Of a stretch of 64,000 nt of DNA, positions 45,301-56,337 are shown piece after piece. Position 1 is the first letter of the stretch, and each line of letters starts with the position of its first letter. Source of the DNA: Schizochytrium sp. TIO01 (taxonomy: Eukaryota; Protista; Bigyra: Labyrinthulomycetes). The position numbers and the translations under genes were made by a program. The notes under the pieces were generated by a model. It had not been told where the DNA came from and did no database searches. It worked only from the letters and a program-made list of their open reading frames with translations. The stretch lies in the NCBI GenBank assembly GCA_004764695.1, contig SMSO01000035.1:3360040-3424039 (forward strand). The letters run 5' to 3'.

Positions 45301-47995
45301 GAGGCTCGATTGGCTTTGCGTGCCATGGCCCTCCTTGTTCACCCTACCGCTACAAATGGAGAAACCGCCTTGGAACAGTTCCCACTCTTTGCTCCTTTCG
45401 ACGAGCGCGATGAGTTTGAAGTTGACCCTTCGGACTGGTATGGGGGCCTCTTTCAAACAGATCGACCCGCCAAGCTAGAGGACCGTGCCCGGCAGGCGGA
45501 TGCGATTCTTGCAACAGGAGAATCCCTTCGTAAGAAAATTGTCACCGCAGTCGAATCTGCAGGTGCAGTGTTTGATACCCTTGTAGCTGCCGCGGTGTCA
45601 TATGATGGCGCAGTGCCCAGTGAAATAGGCGGTGTTGCGAGTGTACTTAACGCAAAAGATGCGCTCCGTGTTCTTGTACATGCATGCTTACACTCTGTGG
45701 ACGTGGCTTATCGTCTGGCCAAGGATGCACAAGCCCTACAAAGCATCCTTGAACTAGCCCGGGTTGCAAAAGAAGAAGGGCAATTGGCCTGTGTTCTTCT
45801 CTCTGTCTTGAGTCAACGTCGTCTTCTTACTGTCCCATTGAGCTCAGCAAGTATCGAATTATGTATCCGGGTCCTCTCAGACCCCAATGCCCCACGTGAA
45901 GCGTTGCCCGCAAAGGCTTCTCTCTTCGCAGCAGTGCTTAATCGATTCTCTTTGGAGTTCAAAGCTTTTGAAGGGTCCAGGCGAGTGCGAGAAAGCAGCC
46001 TTGCCAAACTTCAACATGTTACTGGGAAACTTCTTGAGCATTTGATCCGATCTCATGATTTGCGTCGGGGCATTCATGCTCTCATGGCCACGTGCGAAGT
46101 GTCTGGTCGGGTGTCACACCCTATGCAAGGCGTTGGCTTTGTGTTCCAGGAATTTAGTGCACATGATTTACCTTCGACATTATTGTTGGCATTCTTAAAA
46201 CTTGCTCGACGATCGGCACTTCCCGGAATATGCGGCTCGAGTCTCTCAAGCGATTCTCGAATCTGGTCTTTGGCACCACCTTATGGAGCTAGTCATCCCC
46301 CAGTCCAGCGTCGCTGATCGTGAGTTTGGCACAGCAACTAATTCACGTGCTGCTGCGAATCTGTCTATGCGTGGCGTCTTGTCAGTTCTTCAGCTCACCA
46401 CAGAGCTCGTAAGCGCAGATCCTCGCTCTAATGCAACAATTCTGTTTGGTAGCGACGGAGCATTGTACTGGGTAGTGGACCTTTTGCATAGTACGCATTT
46501 GCAGCGACTCCTTGTTTGGCCTGCGACTCTTGGTGGTGGCGCTCATGGAATTGTTGCTGTACTTGATCATGTTTTTGATGTTTTGGCATTAGTTTTTGCA
46601 TGCGAGCTTCAAACAGCAGAGCAGCGTCAGCTTCAGATGGTGTTATACAATTGCGGTTTCATGCGCAAATCCATGCGCGCTCTTGCTCTTGTAGAAAAGC
46701 TTGGTCTTGCTGCAGATCGCCCTGAATTTTGCCTTGCGCCATTGAAACTCCATGCAATTCTCGTATCTGAGTCTGAACTTTTTGCAAGACAATTTGTTGA
46801 ATTTGGAGGTCTACAACAGGTTAAGGAGTTGAAACTTCTTAATCTCGAACGGTATGTGCGAATTCACAATCAGCGTCTTGAGACTCATAAGAAGTTGTCC
46901 AAGGCATCTGCCGTGGTCACAGAAAGCAACCATGAAGCTGATAAGCCCGGCAAAGAAGTAACTGATAAACCTTCAGATCTACCCTCGACAGACCCTGCCT
47001 CTAATGCAGTAGGTGCAGAAGTTTCTTCGCAAGAAGGCACAGTTGCATCCATAGAGGTAAAAGCAGTTGAGAGTACTCCCGCTGGTGCTAGTGATGCTGC
47101 AGAATCGTCTCACGTTTCTGCAGAGCTCAATCCAACGGAGGTCCTTCTGCAGGTGCGCATGGATATGACTGTGCATGCGCTTCTTCTTTTGAATCAGCTT
47201 GCTAGTCAAGGTGACTCTTATCACAAAGCTATTCTGGCAGCAGATTTCAGTGCTGATCTGTACTATCTTTTAGGCTACCCAAATGCAATAGTCCGTTCTG
47301 AGACGTGTAGACTTTTCGGCAAGCTTTGCAAGAACTCAGCTCTTTTTTACCCTGCCCTAGTGTGTGATTTATCACCATATGTAATCGAAAGCTCCAAATC
47401 ACATCTCCCCGCTGATGTTGATGGCCATAGAAAGTTGGTGGAATCTGTCACCCATTCTCACAGGCTAAATCTGCTCGAACGCCTCATTGGCTGTTGTCAA
47501 GACAGCGACCCGGAAACCCGTAAGCTTGCATGTTTCGCAGTTGGAAATGCGGCATATCACTCCGATTATCTGTACGAATTTCTAGCTTCCGCCGTCCCGG
47601 TTCTTGTTGACCTACTAAGTGATAGGGAAAAAAAGACAAGGGCTAATGCGGCAGGCGCCCTAGGGAACCTTGTAAGGAACTCAGGTATTCTTTGTGCTGC
47701 CCTTCTTGACGCAGGTGCCCATGCACATCTTTTGCGACTTATTTCTACTGATCCTGCTATCCAACCTCAACGAATGGCACTCTTTTCGTTAGGCAATCTA
47801 CTAATTTATCAGGACTGTCGAGAAGCTCTGGTCTCTGCACGTCAGGAGGAGAGCGAAACTCTTCAAGACTGGCTCGAGGGTCTCGAAGTCAATGCCTCCG
47901 ACCAGGTATTACGATCCTATGCAACACGCGCACTCGCGAAACTTCGTGCTGTGCCTCGCTCACCCAAAGTGCCGGACCATAGCATCGGCACGTGA
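42338..47995 (+). CDS. STK36: Fused/STK36 (TIO-like) kinase with C-terminal ARM/HEAT repeats; intron 43513-43778; apparent 1-nt frameshift near 46222-46226
   Basis: [77 protein letters not shown]; splice gives TNNIYT|LINLIVK; C-terminal [15 protein letters not shown] and [17 protein letters not shown] are Fused signatures. The start may be 42338 or the later MENY methionine. Confidence 0.9.
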
Positions 47996-48908
47996 AAGCC
48001 TGCCTCAATAGTTGTGAATGTCCTCTCTAGGAAAAATTTGACATTATCTACCGCACTTAATCTTTCTTGGATTTGCCAGAGGCAATATATACCATTTACA
48101 ACTCGTATCCTAATTCTCATCGCAATTTGCAATACATCTTGTATGTTTGTTTCACTTCATTTAACAGAATCTTCCCCTTTATACCCAATGATTGAAATCT
48201 ATAACTGGGTGCAACGAACCGTTTTAGATTAATCAAACACACATGGAACAATAGTTGAAATACACGACATAAAACTTCTAATAGTCAATCAGTCTTGTCT
48301 GTAATATCTTCTTCGAACAACTAGGTATAACGCACAAACAGGAAGGAACAATCATTTTGTCCCTCTTCCGAGCTAGTTTCGGAAACTTTTGTCGTTAATT
48401 TTTTTGTTGCTTGCATGTTTGTGCTCTATGAATATAGATATGATTATAAGAAGCAAAATGGAGAAAGCTAAAGGTGTATCATAGCTAGCATGCACACAGT
48501 CATTCAGGTTTTTACTATCTTTGTGTTACTTTTTATTATTTCTCTTGTTCTCAGGCTCGTCACCTTTTCGTGGTCATTCTGATATCATTGTAACTTGAAT
48601 AACCTGAGCAATAGGTGCGCTTTATTGCCAATTACTTATTATAGCACTTAGCTACCTAGCTACTTAGCATCTTTCCAAGAACGTTTGTGTTCTGTTCTGG
48701 TTCCATGGGGATACCTTGCTTTCGTTCGATAGACTGCAGAAGTCCAAGCAGAATGCTTTGGCCCCAAATCGGGTCAATATATTGGACAATCTTGAAGCAA
48801 GGCCGATTGCACCCTGGATTACGGTTGCAGCTGCCTCGTGGATACTTTTACTCCACTGCAGCCTTTATCGACGAAATAAGGAGTAGCTTGGAAAAACACC
48901 AGAACGCC

Positions 48909-50207
48909 ATGGCTGCCATTCAGCAAGAGGTTCAACAACAGCAGCAGCAAGAAGAAAATGCAACAATGACGCACCGGTTCGACCGTCACGAAATGGCCGA
49001 TCACGTTTCGCAACTTCGTATGCAGCATGGAGAAAGCAAAGATCTTGTTTCAATCTTTTCTTGGAATATACTTGCTAACTCTATGGCTCTTACAAGGCAT
49101 GCTCAAGTCCTTTATGCAGATTGCGCGCAAGAAACTGTAAAATGGAGCTGGCGAGGCCCAAGAATCCTAGAAGCACTAGCCACGTGCGGTGCAGATATCA
49201 TATATCTGCAGGAGGTGGAGCCGCATACGTTTACCGGTGAACTTGAGCCTCTTCTCCAAGCTTGTGGATATCAAGGAGCGTACGAGACGAGAAATAAGAT
49301 CACCCGAGGGGAGGTGGTGGAGAATATTCCTTCATGCGCAATCTTCTACAAACACGACTTGTTTGAGATGGCGTGGCTAGATACTCCCTATCGAGGTCTT
49401 ATGCTTGGACTTCGAATCTTGCAAGGTCGATTTACTGGCTCCATCTTAGCCGTCGCAAATAGTCACCTGGAAGGTCACCCCGAACGAACAGACCATCGCC
49501 AAGCACAAATCAAATCAGTATGGAGACGAATTGATAAGCATAAACCTAATTTCGTCATAATTGGCGGAGATTTCAACGATGGTGCTAACAGCATTTTGTG
49601 CCAGCATCACATGAGATCCCTTACGAATGCTTATGACAACTCTGATGCGCGAGACGGAACCTGTATACTTGGAGTAAATCCATTTGTCCATAAGGACAAC
49701 ACACGTGTTGATCACTTGTTCTTTGATGATCGTTCGATGAGCTTAAAAAGCGTTCAAAATGTTTTGGATTCAGCTTGGGATCGTGAAGCTGTGCTAATGG
49801 CAGGTCTCCCAGGATATGTATGTCCATCAGATCATCTTAGTATTGGCGCTGTTTTCAAGTTCTTGGCGCATACCGAGATGCACCAAGAGAAAAATTCTCT
49901 GCCAATTGAGGATGATGAGACTTCAGAAGTAATGCTTGAGAATTCACCTCTTTCCGTAGAACAGATGGAAGTGTGGAGAAGATTGCAAGCTTCTCAAAAG
50001 GATGATGCGAATGCTATTGCAAATCTAAAGGGAGCAGCTAAAGGCAAAGAGGCCAAACGGCTGGGCTTGCTTAGACAACAGAAGAAACAAGAGTTCATGG
50101 ACGGTCTTGCAACTGATAGTCATCGTGAATTTATAAGTAAACTGGAGCAAAGATTGAAAAAAGAAGCAAAGAATCGCGGGAGGAATGCCAACGTGAATTC
50201 TTCATGA
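48909..50207 (+). CDS. Endonuclease/exonuclease/phosphatase (CCR4/nocturnin/Angel-like) protein
   Basis: SWNILAN, ADIIYLQEVE, AVANSHL, IIGGDFN, VDHLFF and PSDHL motifs. Start uncertain; upstream in-frame ATGs exist. Confidence 0.88.
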   Translation: MAAIQQEVQQQQQQEENATMTHRFDRHEMADHVSQLRMQHGESKDLVSIFSWNILANSMALTRHAQVLYADCAQETVKWSWRGPRILEALATCGADIIYLQEVEPHTFTGELEPLLQACGYQGAYETRNKITRGEVVENIPSCAIFYKHDLFEMAWLDTPYRGLMLGLRILQGRFTGSILAVANSHLEGHPERTDHRQAQIKSVWRRIDKHKPNFVIIGGDFNDGANSILCQHHMRSLTNAYDNSDARDGTCILGVNPFVHKDNTRVDHLFFDDRSMSLKSVQNVLDSAWDREAVLMAGLPGYVCPSDHLSIGAVFKFLAHTEMHQEKNSLPIEDDETSEVMLENSPLSVEQMEVWRRLQASQKDDANAIANLKGAAKGKEAKRLGLLRQQKKQEFMDGLATDSHREFISKLEQRLKKEAKNRGRNANVNSS

Positions 50208-50480
50208 AAGAGTCAACTAAATGTATTTTGCATTCTAGTTGTCTTTGCATACATACAAATCGATCTTTCAATCAAAAGTAAACGTTAATTTAGAAGAAGC
50301 ACGAGTGAACATCAGGCAAAAAGGAGAAACATATATGTGATTATGTTTTATTTTCATAAGTTTCATGTTGGGCCTGTTTTGCAACACAAGCAGAGACTGC
50401 TGGAGGTACCTTCCTTTTCTAATCAGGCGTATGCTTTTAAATCATATGCAGCTTCTTAGAGAAGATTTTTGGAATATATG

Positions 50481-51383
50481 TCAGGGTTCTGTGTTCACTG
50501 ATATGCGCTGTTGCACAAGGCTACGTTGCAGCTCAAGGTTGAGATCGTATTGTTTTTTCAATTTGTCTTCAAGTTTATCTTGTTCTCGAAGCCATATCTT
50601 CTTATCTTCCTCTCGGCGAGCCCTCTCAGTCTCCAGCATCCTCTTGAGCCTAGAGTTCTCATAATCTAACCTTTTAGTTTCTTGTTGTAAAGAATAATAG
50701 TCCTTGAGCTTCTCCTCATTATTCTGTGCTTGTTGAGTCTCTCGAACGAGATCTTTTTGCAGGCAATCTACCGCTTGGCGAAGACGATAGATTTCATCCT
50801 CCTTCTGGGACATTTCAGCCTCCAAACTCACAACGGATGCCCGGCGTTGTTTATCAGAGCGACAGACCATGCGGTACTTCCGTTCTAGTAAACGCACCTC
50901 CGTAAGTTCATTTTTGGTTTCTTCATCTTCTTCATCCGTCGCAAAAGTTGCTTCGCTTTCCTCGAGCGCATCAGCAACGCGGTACTGCCCTCTTGCTCGA
51001 GCTCGATTTGCATTAGAGTCAGTGAGAAGATCAATGGTTAATCTGTCCCCGCTATTCTGTGCCAAGTCAGAGGCCCGTTGACCACGACGATTGAATTTGC
51101 CCTGGTCTGCGTTTACAGTGACGAGCATTTGAACTACTCTTGCTAGACCTCTTGCCGCAGCTTTGTGCAGCGCTGTCTCGCCAAGAACCGCATCTGCAAT
51201 ATCCGGGTCAGCACCTTTTCGCAAGAGCAGGCCCACAATATCTTCCTTGTGTTGCGCACAGGCCAAGTGGAGCACAGTTTGGCCGGTTACAGGATGGAGC
51301 TCGTCTAAACTATGAAGATCAAGCCGCAAAAGCTCCTCAAGCCGGGCTGCATCTCCTCGAAGTGTTGCGGACCACGCGTCCAT
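50481..51383 (-). CDS. Ankyrin-repeat and coiled-coil protein
   Basis: TGQTVLHLAC, LLLRKGADPD and GETALHKAAARG ankyrin motifs; C-terminal coiled coil. Confidence 0.88.
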   Translation of the reverse strand: MDAWSATLRGDAARLEELLRLDLHSLDELHPVTGQTVLHLACAQHKEDIVGLLLRKGADPDIADAVLGETALHKAAARGLARVVQMLVTVNADQGKFNRRGQRASDLAQNSGDRLTIDLLTDSNANRARARGQYRVADALEESEATFATDEEDEETKNELTEVRLLERKYRMVCRSDKQRRASVVSLEAEMSQKEDEIYRLRQAVDCLQKDLVRETQQAQNNEEKLKDYYSLQQETKRLDYENSRLKRMLETERARREEDKKIWLREQDKLEDKLKKQYDLNLELQRSLVQQRISVNTEP

Positions 51384-52286
51384 CCGCGTTGCTCGTGTTC
51401 TTCTGTTTGCTTCTGACCCAAACGCGATTCCGGAAATGTTCAGACTTTCTCCAGATCAAAGTATAACATCAGAAGGCCCCTGCCGAGGCTTAAACAAGCT
51501 GTTGATGGCACGCCCGCGCATGCAGTAGGGAACTAGGAATTACAATGTAATTCTTCTCCTTAAATTAGTGTCCACTTCCTGGTACACACCTTACATAGCG
51601 CGGAGGTACTTGTGGTCGCGAGCGACTTTGTGCCAGTCTTTTTTTCATTTTTTGGTACTAGATCTTCGGGTGCCCTGTCTGCAAGATTGCCCTCAACCCC
51701 ATCCCTTAGACGCGGGAGTTGCTTGGATAATACTTTGAATATAAAGTTCATGATCAAAGATACGTTTTTGACGCTAAAATGGTTCTAAATGTCCATCATG
51801 ATCCAGTACAGACTGTGACAGTTTACTAATTAATTAAACGAGTGCTTCAAAATTTATTATTCTTATTGTTACCTACATACTTGTCATTGTAGCAAATTGT
51901 GCACAAGAGTGGGATGCTTGACTCTGACTTCTCAAAAACGAGTATTCTATGTCCAGAAGCACAGTCATTCCGTACGGGCAAACCGATCGACTTGGAGACT
52001 TTTTCGTCTAGTGATTCGATAATGAACACGTGATCACACAGCAGCAATTGACGACATTTAGAGAATCTGATTTCCTTTAAAAAGGGAATCGAATAGTCTG
52101 AAGTTTCAAAGGCGCATAAGAAACAACTCTGATGTTGCTAATCGGGAACAATTTCCTCTCTCTACCACGATTGGCCAGTTGATCAGAATGACCGAATCTC
52201 TAGTACATATTGTCCCCTCGAGTTATGATGCACTGTGCGGTCCGCCAGCGAGCGCGACAGGAGGTTCAATAATACTCTACTTAAGG

Positions 52287-52312
52287 CATCCCGAGTGACT
52301 AAGGGAGACCTT
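52287..52312 (+). repeat. Left copy of 26-bp direct repeat CATCCCGAGTGACTAAGGGAGACCTT
   Basis: Identical to 59099-59124; the flanking bases differ on both sides. Confidence 0.92.
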
Positions 52313-52531
52313 AAGATTTCTTCTAGCAGCTCTTGCCCTTGCTCCTGACGTTAGATATGAACATAAATCAATAAATTAAGTTATGAAAGTTATCAACAGC
52401 GACCCCTAGAAAAAACTCAATTTGCATTTTTCGAACTTTGGCCAAAAAAACAGAAAGCAAAACCTTAACTGGGCGTCGCCGAGCCAACTCAAGAAATAGT
52501 CCGCGCACCTATTCCTAACCTTCGAAAAAAA

Positions 52532-53157
52532 ATGATGCCAACAAATCCTACCGTAGATGTGGCTGAGCTCTCCGCCAACCTAGCGCGCCTTACGGAGGAG
52601 CAGCACCAGCAGCTTGCTGCCAGGTTCACAAACAAGATGGACCTCTTCACCGCCTACATGTACATCGAGAGCTTCCAGCGAAACCCAGAGACCGCCAACA
52701 CCTTCTGCAGCCCTGCAATGCTCGTCAGGCATTGCGGGTAGAGTCTATCAAACCATCGACAATCAAAAGGACATGGTGGGACATTGTTTGGTTATTCATG
52801 GACGTGAGGGGTTAGACTGGACATTTCTGAAGCGTAAAGACCTATTCGTGGATTTAACAATTCAAGAGGAAGACCGACCCGACCTTTAAAATTTACCAGC
52901 TTGCGGCCCTTTCACACGGCCCGATCAAGTATCGGTCAAACTGTCACGGAGAGACCAAGTTTCCTTATGCGACCCCCATGTTTGCGATGAAGCTTCTGAT
53001 GTTGATGCAAAGTCCTTGTCGCGATGATTTCGTGAGCCTGGGCATGGCTGCGCTGAATGCGGTGGGTTTGATGCTTCGCGGGGAAACGGTTGAAGTGCTG
53101 GGTACTGCTGGGAACGTCGTACATTCTTTGGGCAAAGGACCGTGGCCGCAAGCGTAA
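52532..53157 (+). pseudogene. Frameshifted virus-like (KilA-N/antirepressor-like) DNA-binding protein remnant
   Basis: Three pieces in different frames: MMPTNP...VRHCG, YQTIDNQKDMV...GLDWTF, and TFKIYQ...FPYATPMFAMKLLMLMQSPCRDDFVSLG...GPWPQA*; breaks near 52740 and 52860-52885. Family call is by motif resemblance only. Confidence 0.4.
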
Positions 53158-53392
53158 GACCATTACCGAGGCAGAGGCTCGGCATGCCTTGCGTCGTGTG
53201 GAGGGCATTGACACTTACAAGTTTAAAAAGTTAAATAAATAAATGTAAAGGAAATGCACATTTTGTCGTACGATGAGCCTTCACAAGCACATTTGTAAAT
53301 TTTATTATTTTTTTATTTTTTTTAAAACCTTAGCAAGCACATTAAAAAAAAACATATCTTTGAAACAACAAAAAAAAACATTTTTAAATCTT

Positions 53393-55524
53393 TTAAGACT
53401 GCTTTGCTCTTACTGTCTCCAACTCACGCCGAAGTTCATCAATCTCCCAATCTGCAGATTGACCGAAGGCTTCCTCAGTCATGTCTGTCTTAGTCTTTGC
53501 CATGCCAAAGTCGATAATAACAGGACTCTGGGTTTCCTTATTGCATAGGACATTGCGAGCAGCAACATCACCGTGCAACACACCGAGGGAGTGGATCGCA
53601 TCGAGAGCATTCAATGCCTTTTCCACAAAGTCATCCGTGATGTCTTCAGGTGACAAAGACCCACCAGCATACTTTGTTCCAAAACCGTACATAACATGAT
53701 CATCAAATCTTCCATGATCGATGAACTCGGGGATATTTTCGCCTTGTAGCGATTCTAATTGCTTGTAAATTTCAGCTTCATGTATAAATGCGGGAATCTC
53801 AGCTTGCTGTTTAAACATGTCCAGTACCTTCACCACATTGTCGCTCTTTTCTTCTCCTAGTTGGGGGAAATGAAAGCGAAATACCGGTCCCGTGCGGCCT
53901 TCTGGGAGCTGACTAAACTCCTTACAACGTATTGCCTCGAGCATGTCAACCGCTTTCCCATCATTTGTATAACCGCTACCATAGTTACGCATAATATTGT
54001 TTATCATTTGATTTCGTTTCATGCTTCACGTCCCGATCACTCCTACATTCATCTGGTAGTGTCATACGACGTCGGTCCTTGGGTCCTTCTTCTTCATCAC
54101 CACAGGGAACCATTTCCATATCTCCGATAGATCCAATATCTATCCCCCTTTTATCACCAGCGATAAGAATAGCAAGTGAAATAAGCTGCATCGTACTGAT
54201 TTTTCCATTCTCCATGTCTCCTACCATATCATATGTAACGGGTTCAGTGATGAGCAGGTGGCCATCACAATCCCTAATGAAAACATGGGTATGTAGGTAG
54301 TTCGAGTAAATGCCAACCAAGAGACCATTCAAGTACATATAGTTATAAAGTTGTCGAATGACCGAATTATCTTTGTGTCGTTGGGAAGTGCAGCCCACAC
54401 CGTCACATCCGTATTCACAATATTCCTTACCGAGATCAATGGTTGGGAAAACCAGGACCTCTGAATTCGCCCGCGATCATCGGTTCCTGACGTTTAAGAA
54501 GCGGCGAACTAAACTGCGAATCATTTCCTTGGACACCACGACTAATCAAAAAGCTCATTTGACCTCGTGGCGCAGGTTCCCTTACAGATGAGGCGAACAG
54601 ACTCATTGATTCAGGTACCTTCTCATGGCCAGATTCTCTCATGGCCGACAATACATTCATCATGAAATATCCAAAAGGGCTTTCGACTGATCCCTCAGTA
54701 CTTAACCTATACCCATCAGCCATGGCTTGAGATGCCCTCTTGAAGTCGAGTGTAGAAAATAGTTGATCCAGGGTGTCAATGTATTCTCGACGGCAGCAAT
54801 AACTCAAGAAGTGATCGATAGACATCGTTTTTACTTGCATGGGCGATAAAGGATAGTTTTTGAGGTTCGCAAGACTTGTAGGGTTCGCGAGAAATTCATT
54901 GGTCTCCAACAAAGTTGGCAAAGCTTGTTGAAACACCGTGCTGAGACCTTTCAGTCTTGCACCGCGGGACAGATCAGTTCTCGCTAGCTCCTCGATTGCT
55001 GCTTCAGATTTCTGGATATATCCATCAAGACTGACAAGGCGTTGTATTTTGGCAAGAAGTAGTTGCTCGTTCAGTTCTAAGGATTTTTCCGCTTCGAGAA
55101 GGTCGCCCATCTGACTCTTGTAAAGTTCCATGTACAAAGGTTTATACGAACCTTTTAAGCGATCATAGAAATCACTTTCATCGATGGAGCCCTTTGAAAA
55201 GGCATGCAGAAACACGTAATCGTCATCTCCTAAGGCACCAATGAGTTTCTGTTCCAGTCTCTCAATTTCTTGCGACAACTCGACTTTTTCAGCCTCGAGG
55301 TTCACAATTCCTCTATCCACACGCACATACTCCTCCTTTTTTTTCTTGAGCTCAGCTCTACCCGCCTCTAGGCTAGATTGAACAATGGTTCCCGGATTTA
55401 CACTGCTCAACACTCTGGTACCTTCTCGGGTCGGTCCAATCATCCGAAATACCGAAGAGGTATCTCCTTGACGTGGACCTAGTATACCAATGGTACTGGC
55501 AGCTCTCCTTAAACCCTTGAACAT
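53393..55524 (-). pseudogene. Crinkler-type REase-fold + protein kinase gene broken by two frameshifts
   Basis: Kinase motifs GRTGPVF, VVKVLD, HEAEIYKQLESLQGENIP, LHGDVAARN, IIDFG; upstream REase-like IAGEF...IRQLYNYMYLNGLLVGIYSNYLHTHVFIR; frame breaks near 54440-54460 and 54020. Confidence 0.72.
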
Positions 55525-56337
55525 GGTGTTCAAACGATTGTTGGATCCTCGAACGATTGGGGTCTGCTGCTGCTGCAAACTAGTTTGTGATGTTTGGTGT
55601 GAAGCTTCGTCTAATGTTTATGCATTATTTACTAACGAAACCCTAGATGATTTTTTTTGTTTCACACACACTCCGCATCATCTATCTAGTATAAATCCTA
55701 AGCTATTAAAAAAAAGAAAACAAAAAAAGAGAAACTTCCTGGTGAAAGTACGTACTATTACGAATAAACTTAAAAACTCCGCGAATCAAGGAACCCTCGC
55801 TCGCCAACTAACTGAAGGAATATCATCATTTGGATGGCCAGAAAAAAAAACTAAGAGAAGGCTACCCTACTGCTCATCATTACAATGATAAATTAAAAAC
55901 ATATCTTTTAAAAATGTTAAATTATTAAAAAAAGCTAGTCTATATATTTACTTCATTAGTGTACTCACTATGATGATTTTATGTTAATTTTTAGATCATG
56001 TCCTTGGGTACTTGGCCGAGCTTGTAGGCACCTTAAACCAATAACAAAATCATATGGTTTCTTTCTTCCTTCTAGTTAGTAGCTTAACTAATGCTCAGTG
56101 TTCAATATGAAAAAAAGAATCCTTATATTTGATCCAATTGGAAGCTTCGCCAGCGCTTGCCAAGCATGGTGTTCAACGGCACCAATATGCGAGATTTATT
56201 TTAATAGGTAGAATTTAACTCTTCTGAGGTAATTGAATCTCAGGCCCACTGCCCTCCTTGTTCTTGTTGTTGTTAAAATTCTAAGCACCCATATATATAT
56301 ATATTTCTTCAGTGATCAATCAAGTGTAACCCTTTCC

